From an uncultured Clostridia bacterium (GTDB lineage: Bacteria; Bacillota; Clostridia; TANB77; CAG-508): a stretch of DNA of 64,000 nt. Where the stretch lies: assembly GCA_949118805.1 (NCBI GenBank), contig CASAUJ010000001.1:32901-96900 (forward strand), in the 5' to 3' direction. Position 1 is the stretch's first letter, and each line of letters starts with the position of its first letter. Both the position numbers and the translations under genes were made by a program. Below the pieces are notes generated by a model, which was not told where the DNA came from, did no database searches, and saw only the letters and a program-made list of their open reading frames with translations. Of this stretch, positions 29,088-40,955 are shown piece after piece.

Positions 29088-29967
29088 TTAACAAAACTTT
29101 TGTAATGCTTTTGCAACGCCTTCTTCATCATTAGAATCAGTTATATAGTCTGCTATTCCGAGTTACTTCTGGTGTACTTTCTTTCATAACAATTCCTAAA
29201 CCTGCTTCTTGGATCATTTTTTTATCATTTATATTATCTCCTATTGTTATTACTTCTTCTTTTTTTAGTTTTAATTTTTGCATTAAATATTGAATTGCAT
29301 CCCATTTATCAACATTTTTTAGGGTGATTTCTGTGTAGTAATATTCAATTGTCTTTTCTTGTGTTCCTTGTTTTATACTTTTTTTCGCCATATGAGAAAC
29401 ATCAAGCACTTCAATTCCTACTATTTTTCTTAGTTTCTTTATAATAGATTGAAAAATCAGTTGATTTTCATCACAAATTGTTATTTTTAAAATTTTTTCT
29501 TCCTTATTTTCTTTCACATATTCTTCTATATTTTTGATCATACTAATTCTAGTCTGTTTACTTTCTTGTTTTTTCAGATTTTCTTTCTGATAATATAAAA
29601 CATTATATTTTAAATCTGTTGTTAAAATCGTCTGCATGGTATAAACATTATAAAATATACTATTTTCTTCACATATTTTTATAATCTCTAATGCTTTTTG
29701 TTGTGGCAAAAATTTATCATATATAATTTCTTCTTTTTGAATATCATAAACAATACTTCCATTTCCTGCTATACAGTATTTTTCACTTCCTATTTCTCTG
29801 GCTATTGTTATGACAGAATCAACTGGTCTTCCCGACGCAATAATCACATCAATTCCCTTTTGTATCGTCTGTTTTATCACATCTTTTGTATTTTGTGTTA
29901 CGATACCATAAGAATTCAACATTGTTCCATCTAAATCAATTGCTACTAATTTATACATATTTTCCAC
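29088..29967 (-). CDS. Cof-type HAD-IIB phosphatase (C-terminus restored by a CGGA shift)
   Basis: Contains LVAIDLDGTMLNS...IIASGRP...GDNINDKKMI. After act C gga the frame reads ...PEVT-G-IADYITDSNDEEGVAKALQKFC*, a typical Cof C-terminus. Confidence 0.8.
29157..29160 (-). other. CGGA +1 recoding site (Cof-HAD)
   Basis: The site is gta act CGG Aat. The zero frame stops 8 codons later at 29137. The +1 frame continues 23 codons to TAA at 29088. Confidence 0.7.
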
Positions 29968-30131
29968 TCCTTGTTATTTTTGCTTTTTTATTATAACTTT
30001 AAATTCATGTTTTTTCAATAGATTTTTTTGGAAAAAATTACTTGTGTATTTTTCTCCTTTTTTGCACATTCTAGTATTAGAAAAAGCAAAGGTTTTTTCT
30101 GATATGTAATATTACAGGAGGTGAAAAAACG

Positions 30132-30329
30132 ATGGCAACAAATTCAAACAAAAAATTAGTTCCAGAAGCTATGTCTGCTTTAGACAAATTCAAATATGAA
30201 GTAGCTAGTGAAGTTGGTGTTAATTTAAAAGACGGATATAATGGAGATATCTCAGCTAAAGACGCTGGAAGAATCGGTGGTAACATGGTTAGAAAAATGA
30301 TCCAACAAGCTGAACAACAAATGAAATAG
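30132..30329 (+). CDS. Alpha/beta-type small acid-soluble spore protein
   Basis: 65 aa with ...KLVPEAMSALDKFKYEVASEVGV...GDISAKDAGRIGGNMVRKMI. Confidence 0.9.
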   Translation: MATNSNKKLVPEAMSALDKFKYEVASEVGVNLKDGYNGDISAKDAGRIGGNMVRKMIQQAEQQMK

Positions 30330-30405
30330 TTTCTATTTTATAAGTTATTAATCTTCATTTGGTAGGAAGTTAAATTTTGTTTTTATTTATTTTTTTAAAT
30401 ACATA

Positions 30406-30438
30406 AAGGCAGGATTTGATTTCCTGCCTTTTTTCTTT
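30406..30438 (+). terminator. Terminator after the SASP gene
   Basis: aaggcagga-tttgat-ttcctgcctt followed by tttttcttt. Confidence 0.6.
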
Positions 30439-30466
30439 GATTCGATTTTCGCTTGATAGCATCTTT

Positions 30467-31444
30467 TTACAATAATCTTTTGATTAGTTTTTCTGTTGGT
30501 TCTGGACTTAAAAAACTAGGTGGAATATCCAAAACAGTTTTGGCTCCAAATTCATTTTTTCGCTCTAAATAAACAGCTGCTCTTGCATAAGCGACTAATA
30601 TACTTGCTGTAAACTCTGGATTGGATTCTAATTTTAAGGAATACTCAATTACCTGTTTATTCTCTCCTGTATTTCCACTACGAATCACAAATCCTCCATG
30701 TGGCATAGCAGAATGTTTTTCTTTTAGTTCTTCTTCTGTTACAAAATTAACAGTTGTTTCATAATCAGCAAAATAATTTGGCATCTCCTTAATTTCTTTT
30801 TCAATTTGTTTAAGATCTGCCCCTTCTTCAACTACTACATAACAATCTCTTAAATGTTTTTCTCTTGTAGTCAATTGTGGATTTTCACCGTTTCGAACTC
30901 TTCCCATAGAACTTTCAATTGGAATGGTATATTGTTTGGCATCTTTCACTCCAGCAATTTTTCGAATTGCATCAGAATGCCCTTGACTGACTCCTTTCCC
31001 CCAAAAAGTATATGTGTTTCCAGTTGGAAGAATTGACTCTGCGTAAGCTCTTGTTATCGAAAACATTCCTGGATCCCATCCTACTGAAATGATAGAAACT
31101 TTATTAGCACAAGAAGAAGATTGATTCATCTTTTCAAAATATTCTGGTATTTTTGCATGGGTATCAAAACTATCAACAGTATTAAACATACTTGCAATTT
31201 CTGGTCCTTGTTTTGGTAAATCTTGTGCAGATCCACCACAAAGAATTACTACATCAATTTTCTTTACATAGTCTTTTATTTCCTGAATTGGAATTACTTT
31301 TGCATCTGATACAGGGTGAATGGTTTCTGGTTCTCTTCTTGTAAAAATAGCTACTAATTCCATATCTTGATTGGCCGAATTGGAAAGTGCTTTTTCCACT
31401 CCTTTCCCTAAATTACCATAACCGCAAATTGCTACTTTTATCAT
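30467..31444 (-). CDS. ddh: meso-Diaminopimelate D-dehydrogenase
   Basis: 325 aa with MIKVAICGYGNLGKGVEKAL...WDPGMFS...WGKGVSQGHSDA. Confidence 0.85.
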   Translation of the reverse strand: MIKVAICGYGNLGKGVEKALSNSANQDMELVAIFTRREPETIHPVSDAKVIPIQEIKDYVKKIDVVILCGGSAQDLPKQGPEIASMFNTVDSFDTHAKIPEYFEKMNQSSSCANKVSIISVGWDPGMFSITRAYAESILPTGNTYTFWGKGVSQGHSDAIRKIAGVKDAKQYTIPIESSMGRVRNGENPQLTTREKHLRDCYVVVEEGADLKQIEKEIKEMPNYFADYETTVNFVTEEELKEKHSAMPHGGFVIRSGNTGENKQVIEYSLKLESNPEFTASILVAYARAAVYLERKNEFGAKTVLDIPPSFLSPEPTEKLIKRLL

Positions 31445-31530
31445 TTTCTTCCCTTCTTTCTTTTTAATTCACAAATTCAATATAAAGGCTTAGAAAGACA
31501 GGATTGAATCTTTCCTGCCTTTTTCTTTTT

Positions 31531-32058
31531 CTATGCCTCTGGTTCTACTAAACCATAATTTTTACCATCTTTTAATTTATGTATTGCATTTACTTTACCT
31601 GTTTCTACATTTATAAATACTAAGAAATTATGACTTGGCTTTTCTTGTAGTTTTAAAACAGCATCCTCTGGTAACATTGGCTTAATTTCATAATAAGAAG
31701 TTTTTATAATTTCATTGTTTATTTCTGCTACTGGGTCAACTACTGTTTCCATTGTTTTTAGAGAGGCATCTTTCATCATTTTTTCTTTTTTGGTTTTTGC
31801 CTTTCTAATTTGTCCTTCTAAAATATCAATATCTTTATCAATGGAAGCATACATATCTTTATCTTCTGTTACCGCTCTATATTTTTCCCCATTAGCCATC
31901 ACATAAATTTCTGCTATTTGTTCATTTTTTTCTGTTTTCAAGGTAACTTCTGCTTCTGCTTCCTCAAAATATTTATCAATTCTGTCTAATTTTTTTTCTA
32001 CATAATCATTAATTGCTTCTGTTATCTTTAGTTCCTTTCCTGTTATTTTTATTTTCAT
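31531..32058 (-). CDS. hpf: Ribosome hibernation promoting factor (long form)
   Basis: 175 aa, starting MKIKITGKELKITEAINDYVEKKLDRIDKYF, with a C-terminal dimerisation domain. Confidence 0.85.
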   Translation of the reverse strand: MKIKITGKELKITEAINDYVEKKLDRIDKYFEEAEAEVTLKTEKNEQIAEIYVMANGEKYRAVTEDKDMYASIDKDIDILEGQIRKAKTKKEKMMKDASLKTMETVVDPVAEINNEIIKTSYYEIKPMLPEDAVLKLQEKPSHNFLVFINVETGKVNAIHKLKDGKNYGLVEPEA

Positions 32059-32188
32059 AAAAATCGCTCCTTCCTTTTTACCATTTTATTATATACATTA
32101 AGTACTTTCTTGTCAACTTAAAATATAAAAATCTTTAAAGAGCTTATTTTCTTCTTTTTATGCCTCATTATTCTTTGGATTTCACTTT

Positions 32189-32919
32189 TTAAAATAGTTC
32201 TTCTAATTTGTATTCTTTTTCTAATTTCTCATTAAAATAAATTTTGGTCACTAATTTAAATTCTTCTAATGCTGTTTCTTTTAAGTCAAATGCATATATT
32301 TTTTTAGGTGGAGCGGTTACTGTATAACGAATGGCATTTAAAGTACTTTGACTAATTTCTATACTACTTGTATCTTGTTTTCCACATATTTTGCACTTAA
32401 CTCCATTATCTTTAATACTAAAATATGCCAATTCTTCTTTCTCTTTGTTGGTCACACATTCCATAATTTGTGGGGTAAATCCTAATATACATAACAATCG
32501 TAATTTAAATACACTTAATATTCTATCTAAATTCTCATCGGTTTCTGCTATGACATAAAGTGTATTTAAAAATAATTGTAATATTGAATAGCAATTTTGA
32601 TTCTCATGTGTTACATCTTGTATGATTTTATTGATATGTACAGCATATTTCAATTTGTCCAAGTCAACTCTAAGTTTGTAAAAAACTTCAATTGGTTCAA
32701 CAGAATTTATATGATATGTTCCGTGATCCCTTAAACACAAAATATTCTCCAAAGCAAAATAATTGTGTTCCCGCCAAAAGAGCACTTTTGGGTCTTCTTG
32801 CTCCTTTGGCTACACATGAAATTTTTCCGTATATTAGGGGTTAATATTGTAAGCATTTTATCAAAGTCTCCCATATTATTTTCTGCTAATACAATTCCAT
32901 TTATTTTTATATTTGCCAT
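32189..32919 (-). CDS. recO: DNA repair protein RecO (three frame segments joined by two CGGA shifts)
   Basis: The restored protein reads MANIKINGIVLAENNMGDFDKMLTILTPNI-G-KISCVAKGARRPKSALLAGTQLFCFGEYFVFKGS-G-TYHINSVEPIEVFY... This gives a continuous RecO OB-fold plus the zinc motif CKICGK. Confidence 0.8.
32720..32723 (-). other. CGGA +1 recoding site (recO, second)
   Basis: In the intermediate frame the site is gga tca CGG Aac. Skipping the C enters the frame of ORF 32189..32785. Confidence 0.7.
32826..32829 (-). other. CGGA +1 recoding site (recO, first)
   Basis: The site is aat ata CGG Aaa. Skipping the C gives GKISCVAKGA..., the conserved RecO N-terminal strand. Confidence 0.7.
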
Positions 32920-32951
32920 CTTTTCATTCCTCTTACTTTATTCCTTTTCTC

Positions 32952-33101
32952 TTAGTTCTCTTTTTTCCATTCTTTTTCTTCGCTCAATTTTGCTGCTTTT
33001 ATTTCCATTCCTTTTTCGATATCTTCAATTTGTTTTAACTCCATAAACGCATTAATATCTCCTGTATTTTTAAAGGTTTCCCATGCAATTTTTTTAATCA
33101 T
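32952..33101 (-). CDS. YqzL-like small protein
   Basis: My own translation gives MIKKIAWETFKNTGDINAFMELKQIEDIEKGMEIKAAKLSEEKEWKKEN (49 aa). It is located between era and recO, as yqzL is in Bacillus. Confidence 0.5.
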   Translation of the reverse strand: MIKKIAWETFKNTGDINAFMELKQIEDIEKGMEIKAAKLSEEKEWKKEN

Positions 33102-33174
33102 ATGATTTCACTCCTTTTTTAAAGTTTTACCTTTAATTTTATCTTTTGCATTTTTTCTATTTTTATTCAATACT

Positions 33175-34092
33175 TTACTTCAATTTAAATTTATTTACCA
33201 CTAAGTCATTTGATTGCCAGTCTTCTTTAACTTTTACCCATGTTTTCAAATTAATTTTTACGTCAAAATTTTCTTCCATATCCATTCTTGCTGCTCTTCC
33301 AATTCTTTTTAACATTTCTCCATTTTTCCCTATAATAATCCCTTTATGAGATTCTCTTAAACAATAAATAGTAGCTTCTATGTCGTAAATTTCTTCTCCT
33401 TGCTTATTTTGTCTTTGCTTCATTTTTTCTACTTCTATATAGATTCCATGTGGTACTTCATCTTGTAATAATTTTAATGCTTTTTCTCGAATGGTTTCTT
33501 CTGCTAGTTGTCTTAATGTTTGATCGGTATATTCTTCTATATCATAATATGCTGGACCATATTTTAAGTTCTTTTCAATTTCTTCTAAAACAATTTCTCG
33601 ATATTTTTGATTGGTTGCCTGAATTGGAATAACAGCTTCAAATTCATATTCTTTACGATAAATATCAATCAAATTTAAAAGGGTATCTCTTTTTACCAAA
33701 TCAATTTTGTTAATGATTAAAATTGTTTTCTTTTTGGCTTCTTTAATTTTTTCTAAAATAATATGATCTCCTCTTCCAATTTCCTCACTTGTTGCTTCTA
33801 TTAAAAACAAAACTACATCGCTATCTATCATGCTTAAAAAAGAAGTTTCTAACATGGTTTCATTTAATTTTGTTCTTGGCTTATGAATCCCTGGTGTATC
33901 AACAAAAATAATCTGACTCTTTTCTCGATTTACAATTCCTTTAATTGCTGTTCTCGTGGTTTGAACTTTATTAGCAATGGCTGCTACTTTTTCTCCTACT
34001 AATAAATTTAATAATGTTGATTTTCCTACATTTGTTCTTCCCATTAATGTAACAAAGCCTGATCTAAATTTTTCTATTTCTATTGTTTTCAT
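33175..34092 (-). CDS. era: GTPase Era
   Basis: Start chosen at MKTIEIEKFRSGFVTLMGRTNVGKSTLLN, with AAGGAG upstream. G1-G4 motifs and a C-terminal KH domain are present. Confidence 0.9.
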   Translation of the reverse strand: MKTIEIEKFRSGFVTLMGRTNVGKSTLLNLLVGEKVAAIANKVQTTRTAIKGIVNREKSQIIFVDTPGIHKPRTKLNETMLETSFLSMIDSDVVLFLIEATSEEIGRGDHIILEKIKEAKKKTILIINKIDLVKRDTLLNLIDIYRKEYEFEAVIPIQATNQKYREIVLEEIEKNLKYGPAYYDIEEYTDQTLRQLAEETIREKALKLLQDEVPHGIYIEVEKMKQRQNKQGEEIYDIEATIYCLRESHKGIIIGKNGEMLKRIGRAARMDMEENFDVKINLKTWVKVKEDWQSNDLVVNKFKLK

Positions 34093-34354
34093 TTCTACTC
34101 CTTCTTTTATGGCTAAAATGGGACAGGCACACTTTAGCCATCTTTCTTTTTCTATTCTATTATACACTATTTTTTTGCTAAATTTGTAGAATTTGAAAAC
34201 TTTTTTCATTTTCTTTTATTAAATATAAAAAACGTATGTATCACATTTTATGATACATACGTTTTTTCATAAATATCTGTGTATTCTTATTGTTGGTTGT
34301 AAGTTTTTTATCTTTCTTCTAATGTTTTTCTTTCAAATAGTTTCTCTCAAATCA

Positions 34355-35647
34355 TTATGCATAAGCTTGACGTTTTTTAAAGCTAAGTAAGTTGGTGATT
34401 TCATTTTCTGTGTTTTTGGCTTTTTTAGTTTTTCTAGCTCTTTCTTGTTCTAATTCTCGTTTTTGTTTTTCTGCCATTGATTGACAAATTGCTTTTTGAT
34501 AGGTAAAATGGGTATCTTGTGCAATTTTACTCCAATTGTATTGGTTTCTTACCTTATTTTTCGCTTTTTTTGTGATTTCACTACAAAGTTTACAATCGTA
34601 CAACAATTCTAATATAGAGTCTGCTAAAGAATTTGGATTTCCACAGTAAGCCTTCATTCCATTTACTCTATGTTCTACAATTTCATTTAGCCCTCCAATA
34701 TCTGAAACAACAATTGGGTTCTCTGATAACATAGCTTCTAGTGCTACAATTCCAAATGGCTCATAAGTGCTAGGAAAAACTGATATATCAGCCGCTTTAT
34801 ACATTTTTTGTACATCTTTTCCTCCCATGTATCCTGCAAAATATACTTTGTTGGAAATTCCCATGGCTTCTACTTGTTGCTTTAATTCCTCTAACATGCC
34901 ACCTTTTCCACAGATTACTAATTTACTATCTCGATAACCTTGCAATATTTTAGGCATAGCAGAAATTAAATATTGAATTCCTTTTTCATATACTAATCTT
35001 CCCATAAATAAAATAATTTTTTCATGATCCATGGCATATCTTCTTCTAAAATCATAATCTCTCTCTACTCCATTGAACAAATTCATGTTTACTCCATTTG
35101 GTACTACATTTATTTTTTCATAGGGTAAACCAAATAATCTTTGTAATTCATTTTTCATATAATTACTATTTACAACTACTTCTGCTGATTCATAAGTTAA
35201 CATCCATTCTGTATCATTAATATATCTTTGTTGTTGGTCATGGATTCCACTGTTTCTTCCTGCTTCTGTTGCATGAATCGTAGAAACAATTGGAATATTA
35301 TAAGAGTTTTTCAATGTTTTTGCACTATAAGCTACTAACCAATCATGGGCATGAATCACATCAAATTTCCCCTCTTTTGCTATGATTTCATTCGCTTTTG
35401 CCAACATATTAAAATTCATTTGCATGACCCAATCAATAAAATTATTAGGATTTATCATATAATTATCTATACGATATACTTTTACGCCTTTATCATCTTC
35501 AAAGTATAGGGCATCTCCATCACGATAAGTAATAACTGTGACATCATGTCCATCCTTTAATAAAGTTTTTGATAAATCGTATACAACTCTTGCAATTCCT
35601 CCTACAATTCTTGGTGGATATTCCCATGTTAACATCAATATTTTCAT
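34355..35647 (-). CDS. Glycosyltransferase family 4
   Basis: Contains MKILMLTWEYPPRIVGGIARVVYDL... and the E..G.V.LEAM motif (EPFGIVALEAM). Start chosen at the ATG with an AGGAAG RBS; the ORF track extends to 35671. Confidence 0.75.
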   Translation of the reverse strand: MKILMLTWEYPPRIVGGIARVVYDLSKTLLKDGHDVTVITYRDGDALYFEDDKGVKVYRIDNYMINPNNFIDWVMQMNFNMLAKANEIIAKEGKFDVIHAHDWLVAYSAKTLKNSYNIPIVSTIHATEAGRNSGIHDQQQRYINDTEWMLTYESAEVVVNSNYMKNELQRLFGLPYEKINVVPNGVNMNLFNGVERDYDFRRRYAMDHEKIILFMGRLVYEKGIQYLISAMPKILQGYRDSKLVICGKGGMLEELKQQVEAMGISNKVYFAGYMGGKDVQKMYKAADISVFPSTYEPFGIVALEAMLSENPIVVSDIGGLNEIVEHRVNGMKAYCGNPNSLADSILELLYDCKLCSEITKKAKNKVRNQYNWSKIAQDTHFTYQKAICQSMAEKQKRELEQERARKTKKAKNTENEITNLLSFKKRQAYA

Positions 35648-35869
35648 GGATGTACTTCCTTTCTTCTTCATTTTCTTTTGTTATTTTTTCTTTTTAGACA
35701 GCATCTCTTATTTTTTATATTGTATACAACTTTCTTCAAAAAGTAAACGCTTTTTGAAAAGTTTTTTTACTTTTTTCTTTTTTATTGGTTTCTTTTATTT
35801 TTATTGCTTTTCACTCCAATCAAAAACGACACTTGTTCTTTTTTTCTAAACAATGTGTCGTTTCCTCTT

Positions 35870-37267
35870 TTATTCTTCTTTTGTCTTATTGGATGAATTA
35901 TTAGAAGTTGTATTCGTGTTTTTATTTTGTGTTGTTGTATTGGATTTTGCTCTTATTCCATTTGAATCTAACCAATCTTCCGCATCAATCCTTTGGTCAT
36001 TTACCATGATATAATAATGTTTTTCTCCTCCACTAATTGTCATATAAATATCATCTGCAATGGCAGCAAACAGTTCTGATCCATTTAAATTAAGCAAGGT
36101 ATATTTTTTATCTTTACAAGCAACTACTACTTCATAATTGGGAATGATTAACAAGTTAATAGCTTCTCTATTATTGGAAGCAATATAGCCAAAATGATCA
36201 TATTTAAAATCTGTTACTTGATTTCCATTTTTATCATAGAATGCCCAATATTGATCCTTTCTCACTGGAATCAATTGTTCTGCTAATAAATATTTATTTT
36301 TTATATTGTTACGTGAAAATCTTGTAACATCAATTCCAATTTCATCATTTTCTAAATCAATAATAATATTTCCTCTAATATCAATCACGCCATATTTATC
36401 TTCACTTTTTACTACATATAATCCTACATCACTATCCATTAGCTCAATACTATCATATTTAATTCTTACTTTTGTCTCTTTATTGGCTGATAGAATTCCT
36501 ACTTTTTTATTGTTTTCTACTAAGAAATCTCCTGTATTAACAAGATAAGTAATATTGCTATATTTGGATTCTAATATAGTTTTACCATTTATATCCACTA
36601 CACCATATTGATTATTTTCTTTTAAAACTACCAATTGATCATTGAAAATTGCTTTTTGATTGACAAATTCACTACTTAATTCTTTAAATCCATAATCTAA
36701 TATTCGATTGGCATAATATTTATATAAATATGGTAAAGTAAATATAGTAATTGTATTTTTGGATTGGTCATAATGAAAGCTAATGTTAAACGCTTTTTCT
36801 AGTCCTTCTGTTGATACATATAAAACTCCTTGGTAAGCTTTGATCGGATTTTTGATATATACATATTCATAATCTGCATCTTTTTGTGTTAAGTCTAATT
36901 TATAAATTTTAGTTTGTCCTAATTCCAAGTTTGCTACTTCATTTTCATTTTGCACATAACATTTACTTTGTTGCTCTGATTTCTCACTATAATCACCATT
37001 AAAACTTTCATAGCCAAAATAAGATGCAATTTCTTTAATTGGTGCATATATGGTTCCATCTTCATCAAATAGAAACAATTCTTTTAATTTTTCATTCGCT
37101 TGTCCATCAATCGTCAGTTTTAAAGTCGTACTTTTGATATACATTAAATAAGCTATAATTCCTATGATAAAGATCAATACTAAAATCATAGCTCCTACTA
37201 TTATTTTCGTTGTTCTTTTTTTCTTTTTTTCTTCTCGATTTTGAAAACTTTCTTCAATTAAATTCAT
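35870..37267 (-). CDS. Membrane-anchored WG-repeat protein
   Basis: Has an N-terminal TM and repeated ...YGVVDINGKTIL.../...KYGVIDIRGNIII.../...YWAFYDKNGNQV... units. Start chosen at MNLIEESF, after GGAGG. Confidence 0.6.
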   Translation of the reverse strand: MNLIEESFQNREEKKKKRTTKIIVGAMILVLIFIIGIIAYLMYIKSTTLKLTIDGQANEKLKELFLFDEDGTIYAPIKEIASYFGYESFNGDYSEKSEQQSKCYVQNENEVANLELGQTKIYKLDLTQKDADYEYVYIKNPIKAYQGVLYVSTEGLEKAFNISFHYDQSKNTITIFTLPYLYKYYANRILDYGFKELSSEFVNQKAIFNDQLVVLKENNQYGVVDINGKTILESKYSNITYLVNTGDFLVENNKKVGILSANKETKVRIKYDSIELMDSDVGLYVVKSEDKYGVIDIRGNIIIDLENDEIGIDVTRFSRNNIKNKYLLAEQLIPVRKDQYWAFYDKNGNQVTDFKYDHFGYIASNNREAINLLIIPNYEVVVACKDKKYTLLNLNGSELFAAIADDIYMTISGGEKHYYIMVNDQRIDAEDWLDSNGIRAKSNTTTQNKNTNTTSNNSSNKTKEE

Positions 37268-37283
37268 TTGTATATACCTCCAT

Positions 37284-38426
<1,143 letters not shown>

Positions 38427-39453
38427 TTATGTTTGAATCAACATGGCATCCCCAAAACTAAAAAATCGATACCTTTCTTGAATGGCTTCTTCATAAGCTT
38501 TCTTAATATAGTCTTTGCCTGCTAATGCAGATACTAGCATAAGCAATGTGGACTGTGGCAAATGAAAATTAGTAATCAATCCATCTAATATTTTAAATTG
38601 ATAACCTGGATAAATAAAAATTTGTGTATCTCCTTCCGCCTCTCTTAATTTACCATTTTCATCTGCTACACTTTCTAATACTCTACAAGAAGTCGTTCCG
38701 AACTGCAATGACTCTTTTTCCTTTTTGTTTTGCTTCATTAATTTTATCTACATCTTCTTGTTTGATATAATAATGTTCTGAATGCATAACATGTGCTTCT
38801 ACTGTTTCTTCTTTTACCGGACGAAAAGTACCAATTCCCACATGCAATGTTACATTTGCAATACCAATCCCTTTGTTTTCTAGTTGTTTCAATAATTCCT
38901 CTGTAAAGTGCAACCCAGCTGTTGGAGCCGCAGCAGATCCTCTATATTGAGCATAAACTGTTTGATAACGATCTTTTTGCTTTAATTCTTCATGAATATA
39001 TGGAGGCAAAGGCATAAGTCCTATTTGATCTAATATTTCATTAAAAATCCCTTCATATTGGAATTTTACCTTCCTTGTTCCTCCTGGCATAATTTCTAAT
39101 ATCATACCTTGTAATATTCCCTCTCCAAAAACAACTTTTGTTCCCACATGAAGTTTATTTCCTGGACGAACAATGCATTCCCAAATGTCTCCTTCTATAT
39201 TATTTAATAGCAAAAATTCTACCTTTGCACCAGTTTCTTTCTCGCCATATAATCGTGCGGGTATTACTTTTGTATTATTTCTAACTAAAACATCTCCTGG
39301 CTTTAAATAATCTACAATGTCTCGAAACAATTTATGTTCTATGGTTTGCTTTTTCTTATCTAATATCATTAATTTTGAGCCATCTCTTTTTTCCGTTGGA
39401 GTTTGTGCAATTAATTCTTCTGGTAATTCATAATTAAATTCTGATACTTTCAC
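38427..39453 (-). CDS. queA: S-adenosylmethionine:tRNA ribosyltransferase-isomerase QueA (two pieces joined at CGGA)
   Basis: Starts [19 protein letters not shown]... The junction is ...[18 protein letters not shown] at gtt C gga acg, which recreates the conserved AVGTTS motif. Confidence 0.9.
38697..38700 (-). other. CGGA +1 recoding site (queA)
   Basis: The site is gca gtt CGG Aac gac. ORFs 38683..39453 and 38427..38738 join here. Confidence 0.75.
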
Positions 39454-39472
39454 TTATTCTCCCATCTTTCTT

Positions 39473-40815
39473 CTATTTTAATTTGTTTTTTATATTAGTC
39501 ATTAATTCTATTATTTCTTCCCACCAATTTTCTGGTTCTTTAAATACTTCTTTTCTTTCATAGGAATATTGAAAATGATTATTTTTAGCTGGTTTTAAAG
39601 TATAAATTTCTTGTGGTAATCCTGTTTTTTCTTTGGTGGTATTAATATTTTTATTCATATAATCCGTATACCATTTTTTTTGTCCAATTAATTTTTCATT
39701 TTCATAACCATATTTTTCATAATCATGTAATTCAGGAATTTCATATCCATATTCTTTCGCATTTCTTTCTAAAGAATGTAAAAATTCATGTAAAAATACT
39801 TCTTCTGGAAAAGTATTAATTCTAGTATTATATTTATAAATATAACTTTTGGAATCATTTGGTAATCGTATATTGGAAAATCCGATTCCATAATAATCCA
39901 TAGAGCCTAATCCGATCCAATCATTTACTTCAATATCGTTTTCATGTTCTTCATCTCCGAAGTCTAACAATCGCATAAATATGATCATAGTCATGAGAAG
40001 CTATGGTATCTTTTATTTGATCTTCAATATCTTCTGCCGCTACAAAATAGCCAAATTCTTTATCATAGGATAAACTCATTAGCGGATCATCTATTTGATA
40101 AATATCACAATCTGCTGTCATTTTTCCATTGGATAAGTTCTTACAAGAGGTTTCGAATAAGCGAATGGTGTTGGTAATGTCTCTTACATCATTTCCGTGT
40201 CACTTCTAATTTTACTCGTTTTTGATCAATCCTTACATCTGTTGTCCTAAAAATAAAGCAAGCAAACTTCCAATTGCTATTTTGTTCTGCAATTCCTTCT
40301 TCTAATTTAAATTCTGTAAACCATGCTTCGCCTTTTGCTTCTCCTAAATAACCGCCTAACCTTGCACCAATGTTTATTTCTTCTCTATTTTTGCTATTAA
40401 AGATCAATTCAATTTTTTGCCAATCTTGTGTTCCAGCTATCGCCACTGATCTTTCTGTTGTTCCCTCAATTGAAAGCTGTGCTCCTACTCCAGAAGATTC
40501 TTGTTTGGCTTGTACTTCATTTGTTTTCACCATACAGGTTAATTTATAAGGGTGATTTTTCTTTACCTGCATTTTTTTGTAAAACATGGCATCATTATAT
40601 TCTGGATTTTCAATCTTATAACTTTTTTGTTTGGTATATTGGGTTTCATTGTCTCTTGTAAAAACAGAGGTATATAAATTTGTTTCACTTCTAATAAAAT
40701 CATTAAAATTATTTTGTTGATAATATTGATAAGCGAAGTATAACAATATAAACAAAAAAGCTAGAAATATAAAATAACTAATTCTATGCTTTTTTTGACT
40801 TTGATTTTTTTCCAT
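39473..40815 (-). CDS. Membrane-anchored HExxH metallopeptidase-like protein (three segments joined by two CGGA shifts)
   Basis: Has an N-terminal TM, a beta-rich domain, and C-terminal HEFLHSLE. An uncalled 78-codon middle segment without stops links ORF 40189..40815 to ORF 39473..39994. Confidence 0.6.
39956..39959 (-). other. CGGA +1 recoding site (metallopeptidase-like, second)
   Basis: In the middle-segment frame the site is aga ctt CGG Aga TGA. Skipping the C reads L-G-DEEHENDIEVNDW..., the frame of ORF 39473..39994. Confidence 0.65.
40194..40197 (-). other. CGGA +1 recoding site (metallopeptidase-like, first)
   Basis: The site is gtg aca CGG Aaa TGA. Skipping the C opens GNDVRDITNTIRLFETSCKNL..., 78 codons with no stop. 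Confidence 0.65.
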
Positions 40816-40955
40816 TGTTGTCCCTCCTGTTTTATTATATATGATTTTATGGGAAATAGCAACTATAACAGAATGATAAATTCAATCTTTTTTCTATATG
40901 GATAAAAAGAAAGAAGTCAACTTCACTTACACTAAAGTTCCTTCTCTCCTTCTTC

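Noticed and set aside
30077-30286. Minus-strand ORF overlapping the SASP gene.
   Set aside because: It is antisense to a textbook alpha/beta SASP sequence, has no RBS and has an implausible composition.
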